Source: a virus (lineage: Duplodnaviria > Caudoviricetes). Taken from it: DNA of 58,146 bases. Location of the stretch: IMG/VR virus record IMGVR_UViG_3300022920_000008, positions 1 to 58,146 of that record; one strand, 5' to 3'. This document shows positions 40,781 through 48,793 of this stretch, one piece after another. A program made the position numbers and the translations under genes. A model generated the notes under the pieces. It ran no database searches. It was not told where the DNA came from and worked only from the letters and a program-made list of their open reading frames with translations. The first letter of the stretch is position 1. The number at the start of each line of letters is the position of its first letter.

Positions 40781-41196
40781 GTTGGCACGCCAGATAATAT
40801 TGTGCTGTGAATCCGTTCCTAATAGTGACGGTAAGCAATGGGCTATTCAGTTGTCCGTTTCAACAGTCTACCCTCTTTAAGCGGAGGATGCCTAAAAAGA
40901 CCATGCCTATGCGTGAGTGCTTTACTGTTGTCATAAAGGTTGTAGCACAGAGATGTGTGAATAAAATGAACGAGCTCTATTGAACTATTATAACTCGTGA
41001 AGTAACTGGAAAGCTTATATCATGGCAAACCAGTATATACTTGCGTTGAGACGCATTGTAATAGGAGGTACCGCACAACCGCCTCCCCTTTAAACAAAGT
41101 TATGTTATGATATTGTGGGTAATTGCGACGGGAACGTTTAAATTATTTTTTTACACTTGGCCTTATATCAGGCTAAGTGTGATTAAAAGCTCGTGG
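40781..41196 (+). ncRNA. candidate large structured ncRNA (~420 nt)
   Basis: ORF-free stretch with at least 10 stems, a GAGA tetraloop and a pseudoknot traced by eye (see findings). Strand is inferred from the G-U pairs. Confidence 0.65.
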
Positions 41197-41385
41197 AAAG
41201 TATTATAATATTGTTACCATATGACATCATAATAAATGATAAAAAATATTATGTTCGGTATTAACTATTAAAAAAAAATTCAACAAAGGAATTGAAGATT
41301 CCTGATGTTGATATTGCTCGAAGAGCAATTTGATGGTTCATTAAGATGACTAAATATTATTAGGTAATGACATTTAAGCATACCT

Positions 41386-41874
41386 ATGAATAAATCCAGG
41401 AAACTAACTAATATGACATTTGATGAATTTACTGCTGCGTTCTTAACGTGGACAGAAGAAAAAATCGAGTCCAAAGGAGATGGCGATTGGCCAGTGTGTC
41501 CGTATGCCCGCAAAGCTAGACTTACTAATAAAATACAGTTTATAGATGCTCGTGACGATGTACATACATCACTCAAACTGTTTGATGATACAACTTATGA
41601 AATTGGTATTGCATGGTTGGGAGATGATAATCAGGCAGATATCGAAGCAACACAAAAAGTTATTGACTTTTACGGTGATCTCAATCCTAGTTTGTTGTAT
41701 TTTATGAGTACAACTGATAGCGGAGCATTTGAAAAGAATTTTACCAATTGTGTGTTTATTCAACTCAAAGACGATATTCTTGTCAAACGTAACTGGCTAT
41801 TGGAAAATACTTCATATTATAATGATTGGTCGCCAGAATACTTCAAGAGCATAACTGGCTTAGATAAAACTTAA
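41386..41874 (+). CDS. hypothetical protein (CPYA motif)
   Basis: 162 aa, WPVCPYARKA; TAAATA at 41351-41356 upstream. Confidence 0.7.
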   Translation: MNKSRKLTNMTFDEFTAAFLTWTEEKIESKGDGDWPVCPYARKARLTNKIQFIDARDDVHTSLKLFDDTTYEIGIAWLGDDNQADIEATQKVIDFYGDLNPSLLYFMSTTDSGAFEKNFTNCVFIQLKDDILVKRNWLLENTSYYNDWSPEYFKSITGLDKT

Positions 41875-41878
41875 CCAA

Positions 41879-42118
41879 TTATCTTCTTGACGCCGCCGCT
41901 GCTTTAGCATTTTGGTCTTCTCTTATTGCGTTCAGCCTTGATACAAAAAGTTCAATAGCTGGAACCGGCATACATAATACGTCTTGATAGTTTATTGCCC
42001 CTCCACTATTTAGAACAATATCTATATAGCTAGATTCAAGAGATTTTAATTGATTATTATATCTCTCAATCACTGCTTCAAGCTGTTCGGGCTGACTAGT
42101 GGCAATCAGCCCGCGAAA
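41879..42118 (-). CDS. gp51-like hub assembly protein, probably the -1 frameshift extension of the gp26-like gene
   Basis: The frame is open from the slippery site at 42118 to the stop at 41879; its own GTG (42073) lacks a good RBS; gp26-gp51 synteny. Confidence 0.6.
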   Translation of the reverse strand, partial: FRGLIATSQPEQLEAVIERYNNQLKSLESSYIDIVLNSGGAINYQDVLCMPVPAIELFVSRLNAIREDQNAKAAAASRR

Positions 42119-42936
42119 AAATTTGCAACATCCAAATCAATTTTTGTCTTCCATTCATGCGAACAGTGCTGGCAGTTTGCTGTCAAATTAGTATCAATGC
42201 AATCATCGCTAACTGCATCAACAGTACTTCTCAACATATCATAATCATCTTTTGTAATGCTTTGTAACCATTCTTTGATTATAACCTGGTCTGTGATTTC
42301 TTCGCCTTCTGGTGGCCTAACTGCGTATATGCAATTTGAAATTAAATCAACTGTTAAATTGGCAAGCTCAATAAAAGTTTTACCAAATTGTTCACTACGT
42401 TGCTCTTCAGTTAAATCACTAGCAGTTAATGATTGAATCATTTTCTGTTGTTTAACTTGTTGAATTTGCAATAGCGTACGGTCTTTTAAACTGTAAGGCT
42501 TAACATGTATTGTGAAATTATTTTCAAGTACCAATTTATCACTAACTTGATTCTGTGATACTGTTGATAGCAAACGATTTGAATCAACAGCAAGCATATT
42601 AAGTTCTTGACAAGCTGGGCATTTGATATCAACACTAAGTTCACTACCATGTGTTGCTTGTCTGATACCAAGTAATACCACCAACAAATCATTAACTGGC
42701 ATTTGCTCTGGGTCAATTACATCAGGACAACAACTACGCAACACAGCAAAGGTAGCTTCGCCGTTGAATAACGCATCTGGTGTTTTATAAAGCAATTCGT
42801 CTCTGGCAGTCATGGCATATACTGCCAATTCACCATCAACACTTAGTTTTGGTTTGTCTGTATAATATTTGCCGCCGCTGGGTAAGCTGACGTATAATGC
42901 TGGCTTTCTATAAGCCGCTACTAATGGGTTTGTCAT
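42106..42936 (-). CDS. gp26: baseplate hub assembly chaperone gp26-like
   Basis: NPL...R.P..Y..LPSGG.YY, MTARDE...KTPDAL.NG, CPAC and CQHC, C-terminal NFF. Confidence 0.8.
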   Translation of the reverse strand: MTNPLVAAYRKPALYVSLPSGGKYYTDKPKLSVDGELAVYAMTARDELLYKTPDALFNGEATFAVLRSCCPDVIDPEQMPVNDLLVVLLGIRQATHGSELSVDIKCPACQELNMLAVDSNRLLSTVSQNQVSDKLVLENNFTIHVKPYSLKDRTLLQIQQVKQQKMIQSLTASDLTEEQRSEQFGKTFIELANLTVDLISNCIYAVRPPEGEEITDQVIIKEWLQSITKDDYDMLRSTVDAVSDDCIDTNLTANCQHCSHEWKTKIDLDVANFFAG

Positions 42937-42952
42937 TTTAGGGTTTTCTCCA

Positions 42953-42989
42953 ATAAATACATATAGTATATATATTCAATTATATTTAT
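42953..42989. promoter_or_regulatory. pair of opposed late promoters (ATAAATA on + at 42953-42959 and on - at 42983-42989)
   Basis: In the 77-bp gap between the divergent gp26-like and tape-measure-like genes. Confidence 0.55.
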
Positions 42990-43013
42990 CTTTTTAAAAG
43001 GGGTGTTAATTCA

Positions 43014-45899
43014 GTGAATTTTGAGAAAGAATTTCAAAAAATAAATGCAAAATACCCTTGGCTAAAAGAAGCTACTTTATATAATGCAGTAGAAGTAATC
43101 GGTAATGATATAAAAGCTGATACCAAACTACAAGAACAATTTAATAAAAACAAGCCAGATCCACAAAAATTTGATAATGTAACCAAGTCTTTAATGAAAG
43201 ATCTAGTATCAAAAGGTAATCAGCAGGCCAAACGACTAAAATCTGCAACACGAGCAGCCTTAATGATAGGAAGAAGTTCTTCTCCAATATCAAGTACTGC
43301 TACACTAGTCCAAAGTGCTGGGTTAGCAGCTAACAGATTAGGTAACGGTGTTGCAAATTCATCAAGAACTGGTTTGTTAGGTGACGTTGGCGGTGGATCA
43401 ATAGCAGCATTTGGTATAGGTGCCGCAGCATATTCCGGCGCCATGATTATGTATGGCAAGCTAATGGAAGAACAAGAAAAAGCATCACGTGCAATGATCA
43501 ATCAAGGTTTGCTTGTTACTGACGTTGACCTGTTTACCCGTATGAAAAATACGTTTGCAGAAGCAGGTATGTCTTTAAATGAGGGAATGGAATCATTAGG
43601 TGATTTAATACCAACATTTGCTAACTTGGGAGATAGCTCAGCAAAAGTAATTACTGATTTTATTCAAGGTCTTGACACTGCATTAGATTCTGATGTAATT
43701 CATAAATTTGGACAACGAAGAAACGTAGTAGTTAGACAAGTATCTGAAACATTAACTTCACTTCGTAACATTAATAGTATAGATGATTTAAACCAAATGT
43801 CAATGAACAAAGTTTTAGATCGTTACGAATCAAATGCTAGAATTATATTTGGTGTCAGTCAACTAATGGGCGTTACTGCTGATTCAGAAAGATCTAGCCG
43901 AATGGAAGCCAGCAACAATATTAATTTTATTGTAGCAATGAGAAATAGTCAAGCAGCCATTATTGATAGATTGGGAGAAATTGGGTATGACAATTTACAG
44001 CAAGCACAATCTAGTTTTGTATCTGGACTAAATTATTTAGGTAACGAGTTTAGCACACTAGCAAGTAATGCACTCAATAGAGCAGTTTATGATTATGATA
44101 CAGACACAAACTTCCGTAACAATATTGATACTGAATTAAATGAAGTACTAAATCTATTAGGTCCATCAGCTAGACAAAGTTTCATAGATTTAGGACAGCA
44201 GCTTCTAGATGGTGAGCTATTTGGAATTGAGCTAGAAATTGCAAAGCGTGACTTCTTTAATACTGTTCGTAACTCATCTGACAGTCCAATTGCAAATGCA
44301 CAATTTCAAATTCCAGATGGGGAAATAGATATAGCCAGAGAAGTGTATAATAGAAGCTTTTTAATTGGTGATGAATTTATGAATGCTACTGACTTAGAAT
44401 TGGTTGAGTTAGCTGCTGCCGGCGCTGCCCTTACTGATAATGCTGACGATGCATTAGTAGTTGTTGACACTTTGGCAATTGCATTACGTAAAGTGTATAA
44501 TTTAATGACTCCTGGCTTTGCTACAACTGGGCAAGCTATGAGTTATTTCAATGATAATTTACAAAGATTAGTAGGCGGTACTGATAGTCTTTTAACTGCA
44601 TTAGAAACAACGTTCAGTGTAGAAAGAGAAGGTCCTCCATCTGTAGGCAGTCGTGGAAGAAATCAAAGAAGGGGCGATCGTGCTGGTACAACATCTACAG
44701 GCGATTCGACATCACCAGGCTCTCCAACACCATCTGTAGGCAGTCGTGGAAGAAATCAAAGAAGGGGCGATCGTGCTGGTACAACATCTACAGGCGATTC
44801 GACATCACCAAGGTCGCCAGGCAACAGCAACTCTACAATCGTTGGCGGCGTAACATTATATCAAGGTGGAGAGTACGGCGTTAATACTACTGAGGGTAGG
44901 TCGGTGTTATTAGATATGTCAGGCGGTGGTGCAAGTAATATGGTTCGAGATGGTGCTCAGGAAAATTTAGATAGATTGCTCAGTGGACCTTATGCAAGGA
45001 TGCAGGAATATTATGGCGGTCCATTAAGCATTAATGATGCCATTGCAAAACACGGAACCTCCCGTGAAGACACCACACCAAACAGTCAACACTTTTTTGG
45101 AAATGCTCTTGACATAGGCACACATAACATGAGCAATGAAGACAAAGCTAGGATAGTACACGCAGCATTGAGAGCAGGGTTTACAGGATTTGGATTTGGC
45201 GCTGGTATTTTGCACGTTGACGTAGGAAGAGCAAGAAGTTGGAGTTATAATAATTCTCATTATGGTGGGTTGCCAGTTAGCGATTGGCAATCGTTTGTTG
45301 CTGGCAATGCAGTTGCAGCTATACAAGAAGTTGAATTGCAAGGATTGCAAAGTGAGTTTGCATCAGAATCTCAAGATCAACCAACAGATGAAACTTCAGA
45401 TGTAATTCCAGATAATCCAGACTCAGTTGAACCAGGTTCTCCTACACAAGTTATAATACCGGAAGGTAATGGCCCGCCATTATCTGAATCACAAGACTCA
45501 GAAGAGCTTAGTACACTTGATACGTCAGATATTAATTTACGACAAATAGCAAGCGCAAGAGATGATCTTTATGCCGAATATTGGAATCCAGATACCTCTA
45601 CATCAAGAATACTAGAAATAGAACGCAGTTTAGGACGTATTGAATCTGAATACGGAGATCATATTAGTGGCATGGGCTTTGACATAACACCAGGAACTGG
45701 ACAGCAAAGTTATCACCTGTTAGACGAACGTTTACAGGAACGTTATGAAGAATCATTAAACAATAATGATACTGAAACTATTAGTATAATAAATTCACGC
45801 ATACAGGATGAAATTGATAGAGCTAATATTACTCGTACTGCATGGCAATCAATATTTGATGCTGGTGCTAATAGTCGAAGAATAAGCGAGACAGTATAA
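43014..45899 (+). CDS. tape-measure-like protein 1 with peptidase M15-like domain
   Basis: Long helical Ala/Leu-rich N-terminal half; SQHFFGNALDI...GFTGFGFG...LHVDVG (H, D, H Zn ligands of the M15/LAS fold). Confidence 0.65.
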   Translation: MNFEKEFQKINAKYPWLKEATLYNAVEVIGNDIKADTKLQEQFNKNKPDPQKFDNVTKSLMKDLVSKGNQQAKRLKSATRAALMIGRSSSPISSTATLVQSAGLAANRLGNGVANSSRTGLLGDVGGGSIAAFGIGAAAYSGAMIMYGKLMEEQEKASRAMINQGLLVTDVDLFTRMKNTFAEAGMSLNEGMESLGDLIPTFANLGDSSAKVITDFIQGLDTALDSDVIHKFGQRRNVVVRQVSETLTSLRNINSIDDLNQMSMNKVLDRYESNARIIFGVSQLMGVTADSERSSRMEASNNINFIVAMRNSQAAIIDRLGEIGYDNLQQAQSSFVSGLNYLGNEFSTLASNALNRAVYDYDTDTNFRNNIDTELNEVLNLLGPSARQSFIDLGQQLLDGELFGIELEIAKRDFFNTVRNSSDSPIANAQFQIPDGEIDIAREVYNRSFLIGDEFMNATDLELVELAAAGAALTDNADDALVVVDTLAIALRKVYNLMTPGFATTGQAMSYFNDNLQRLVGGTDSLLTALETTFSVEREGPPSVGSRGRNQRRGDRAGTTSTGDSTSPGSPTPSVGSRGRNQRRGDRAGTTSTGDSTSPRSPGNSNSTIVGGVTLYQGGEYGVNTTEGRSVLLDMSGGGASNMVRDGAQENLDRLLSGPYARMQEYYGGPLSINDAIAKHGTSREDTTPNSQHFFGNALDIGTHNMSNEDKARIVHAALRAGFTGFGFGAGILHVDVGRARSWSYNNSHYGGLPVSDWQSFVAGNAVAAIQEVELQGLQSEFASESQDQPTDETSDVIPDNPDSVEPGSPTQVIIPEGNGPPLSESQDSEELSTLDTSDINLRQIASARDDLYAEYWNPDTSTSRILEIERSLGRIESEYGDHISGMGFDITPGTGQQSYHLLDERLQERYEESLNNNDTETISIINSRIQDEIDRANITRTAWQSIFDAGANSRRISETV
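44637..44810 (+). repeat. 81-bp perfect direct repeat (44637-44717 and 44730-44810, period 93)
   Basis: Identical copies encoding PSVGSRGRNQRRGDRAGTTSTGDSTSP. Confidence 0.95.
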
Positions 45900-48793
45900 T
45901 GATGGACATTGAAAATTGGATTAACCAGATAGTTCAAACTTACCCGTGGGCTAGTGAAGACACTATGTTGGTAGCATTTGGAGAACAAACTAGATCAAAT
46001 TTAACAGCTAGACAGGCAGTTGCTAAACTTAGGAATGATCCTGCCAGTTGGCAAAGCATTGTTGATGAGATTAAAAAGAATACTGACAGATCTTCTACAT
46101 TTAATAGGTACACAAAAGAGTTATCTCAATCAAGCAGTGCAATAATTAAATCGATGGCCAGGGATGATAGTATAAATGCTATTAACGAATTAGCATATAA
46201 TTTTTCTAAAGGTTTAGATGGAATTGCCAATGCCGCAGACGAGTTAACTGATAGTGCCAGATGGCTATCAATGGCGTCAACAGGAAGATTTGGAAACCTA
46301 GTAAGAGCAGTTGAAACTGGAGTTGATTTTTTAAATGTTGGAGCCAATACTGTTATTGGTACAGTTGCTATTGGTGGTATTGCATTAAAGTTTATACAAG
46401 ATCAAGAAAAAGCATTACGTACAATGATTGACTTTGGTATATTATCTAATGACTTATCAGTGTTTAATGAAATTAGAGATAATGCTGCTTCATTAGGAAT
46501 GACTCAACAAGACTTTATTAAAGAGTTTAGTGATTTTGGACCAATATTTACAAACATGACTACCAATGCTGCTGATGGATATCAGCAATTTACAGACATG
46601 ACAGCCGCAATAAAGCAAACTGACACATTTAGTACATATGGTATAATGCTACGTGATTATGCCAAACAGATTGCAGAAAATACCAAGCTTGCATATAATT
46701 TAAGTCAGATGACCGAGTTTAACGAAAACACAAAAGCACAGTTAGCTGAAACATTTAAAACTAATAGTACATTTGCATTATCAATGGCAAACGCAACAGG
46801 AGAAAAAAGAGATGATCTTTTATCTGCCCGTAAAGATGCACTTAGTGGAATTGAGTTAATAGCCGCAATGGATCAAAACTTTGCATATATTACTGAGCAG
46901 TTTGGAGAAAACGGTGCAAGAAATATAACAGAAAATATTGGCTTTTTGAGAATGTTAATGGCACCATTGCCAGATGATTTTGCTGACGAAAGTATAGACA
47001 TTATTACTCGTTCACTTTACGATGTGCAATTTGATGGTGGCAACATACTTAATAATATAAGTGACGATATGTTAAAAATGTTAACAGCATTAGGCCCTGA
47101 TGTCAAGAACCAATATCTTGAAATGATGCAAACGATAGTGCAAGGTGGATATGATGCATCTGATCCTGGTCAAATAACAAATGACTATTTGGACTTGATG
47201 CAATCTATCAAAGCTACTGACCCAGTAACAGTTACATATTTAGAGGTAAAACCTGAACAAGTAAATGCTAGAATGATACAAGACATTGTAAGAATATTAC
47301 CAGAATCAGCTTTTAGTAGAAACTTAACACTCGTTAATTTAAATGAAGCTACAACTGATACTGCTGCAACTTTAGCAGGACAAGCTGTGGCTGCAATTAG
47401 TAGCATTGGTGTTTTTACTGCTACAATTAAAAATGGTATACTTCCTGAATATGATACTACTGCAAATGCTATTAATAATTTTGGCACTGGTCTTGCATTT
47501 TTAGAGAATGCCATGGACGTAATAGACATGTCAGGAAGAAGAGATGAAGTAATTGATTTAGATAGTGGCGCAGAAAACCGTGCGGCTATGATGGAACAAC
47601 GTGAAAGCATGTTACGTGATTTAGAGTCAGTTAGGACTGTTGAAGAATTCAATGCTGTTTTAGATTCACATAATTTACCAGGATTATCAGGCGGCTCAAT
47701 TAATATGCCAGCTAGTGATATCAGCCATTTATTTGGTAGGGGTGAGACAACTGATAGCTCTGGACGTCCATCAGCAAGTTCAGAAGTAGTGGCGGCAAGG
47801 TTGATTGCAGCATTAGATGACTTTGGAATTACTAACCCGCAAGCCCAAGCTAACGTACTTGGTATGGTAAGTGGAGAAAGTGGATTTAGATTATTAGAAG
47901 AAACTAGTTACAGAAATACAGATGTATCAAGAATTAGAGAAGTTATGGCATCAAGAGCACAGTTTTATACTGACGCAGAAATAGAACAACTTAAAACAGA
48001 TGATCGTGCATTCTTTGATGCAATGTATGGTACTGAACAGAGTAATAGACGACAACAGGCAAGAGATGCTGGATTATCCAGGGCAGATACTGGCGGCAGT
48101 ATTAGTCCTCAATTTATCAGAGGAGGCGATATGGGAGGTTATGATTATCGCGGACGTGGGTACATTCAATTAACTGGTAGAGAAAATTATAGAAGAGTTG
48201 GTGAAATGGTAGGAGTTGATCTTGTTGAAAACCCAGACTTGGTAGTTGATCCATATTGGGCACCTAGAGTTGCAGCCGCATTCTATGCAATTAAAAGTCA
48301 AAGTGAACGATCAAAAATGACGGATGCTCGAGAAGTATATAGAATGACATGGGGGGCATATCCTGATACTGCTACAAAAATAGCTGATGCGCAAAATAGA
48401 GCTGGTATTGGTGCAGCGTTTTTACTAAGAATTCAATCAGGCGAAATGGCAAATATCGATACTTCGTTATCTCAAGCAGAACAAGATTATGTCAATCAAA
48501 CAAGAGGCGACGGAGAACTACAACAACAACATGCAGAGTTAACTGATCAATTTATGCTAGAGGGTCTTGGTACAGGCCGCCAAGCTGGAGATATTCCAGT
48601 ACTTGAAGAACTCACAAATCCAACTAGCATAAATACAGATACTAATGACTCTGAATCAACTATTCCTGATGTGTCATCTCTTTGGACTACTCCAGTGCTT
48701 AACGATGAAGAAACTCAACAGGCAATACGAGAGATACAAGAATACTTAGCAACAGCGCAGAACAGACAGGTAACAACAGGAAATGTCAGATAA
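45899..48793 (+). CDS. tape-measure-like protein 2 with GH19-like lytic domain
   Basis: Helical N-terminal half; GESGF...EE and YRGRGYIQLTGRENY...G.DLV.NPDLV. Confidence 0.7.
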   Translation: MMDIENWINQIVQTYPWASEDTMLVAFGEQTRSNLTARQAVAKLRNDPASWQSIVDEIKKNTDRSSTFNRYTKELSQSSSAIIKSMARDDSINAINELAYNFSKGLDGIANAADELTDSARWLSMASTGRFGNLVRAVETGVDFLNVGANTVIGTVAIGGIALKFIQDQEKALRTMIDFGILSNDLSVFNEIRDNAASLGMTQQDFIKEFSDFGPIFTNMTTNAADGYQQFTDMTAAIKQTDTFSTYGIMLRDYAKQIAENTKLAYNLSQMTEFNENTKAQLAETFKTNSTFALSMANATGEKRDDLLSARKDALSGIELIAAMDQNFAYITEQFGENGARNITENIGFLRMLMAPLPDDFADESIDIITRSLYDVQFDGGNILNNISDDMLKMLTALGPDVKNQYLEMMQTIVQGGYDASDPGQITNDYLDLMQSIKATDPVTVTYLEVKPEQVNARMIQDIVRILPESAFSRNLTLVNLNEATTDTAATLAGQAVAAISSIGVFTATIKNGILPEYDTTANAINNFGTGLAFLENAMDVIDMSGRRDEVIDLDSGAENRAAMMEQRESMLRDLESVRTVEEFNAVLDSHNLPGLSGGSINMPASDISHLFGRGETTDSSGRPSASSEVVAARLIAALDDFGITNPQAQANVLGMVSGESGFRLLEETSYRNTDVSRIREVMASRAQFYTDAEIEQLKTDDRAFFDAMYGTEQSNRRQQARDAGLSRADTGGSISPQFIRGGDMGGYDYRGRGYIQLTGRENYRRVGEMVGVDLVENPDLVVDPYWAPRVAAAFYAIKSQSERSKMTDAREVYRMTWGAYPDTATKIADAQNRAGIGAAFLLRIQSGEMANIDTSLSQAEQDYVNQTRGDGELQQQHAELTDQFMLEGLGTGRQAGDIPVLEELTNPTSINTDTNDSESTIPDVSSLWTTPVLNDEETQQAIREIQEYLATAQNRQVTTGNVR

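Noticed and set aside
40262-41385. Group I intron carrying the GIY-YIG gene
   Set aside because: No interrupted host gene is evident on either side and I could not identify the P7/catalytic core by eye; cmscan would settle it.
41280-41763. Minus-strand ORFs 41280..41576 and 41569..41763
   Set aside because: Antisense shadows of 41386..41874 with no motifs.
44637-44810. CRISPR-like or guide array
   Set aside because: Only two 81-bp copies, in frame inside a CDS; no spacer series or cas genes anywhere in the window.
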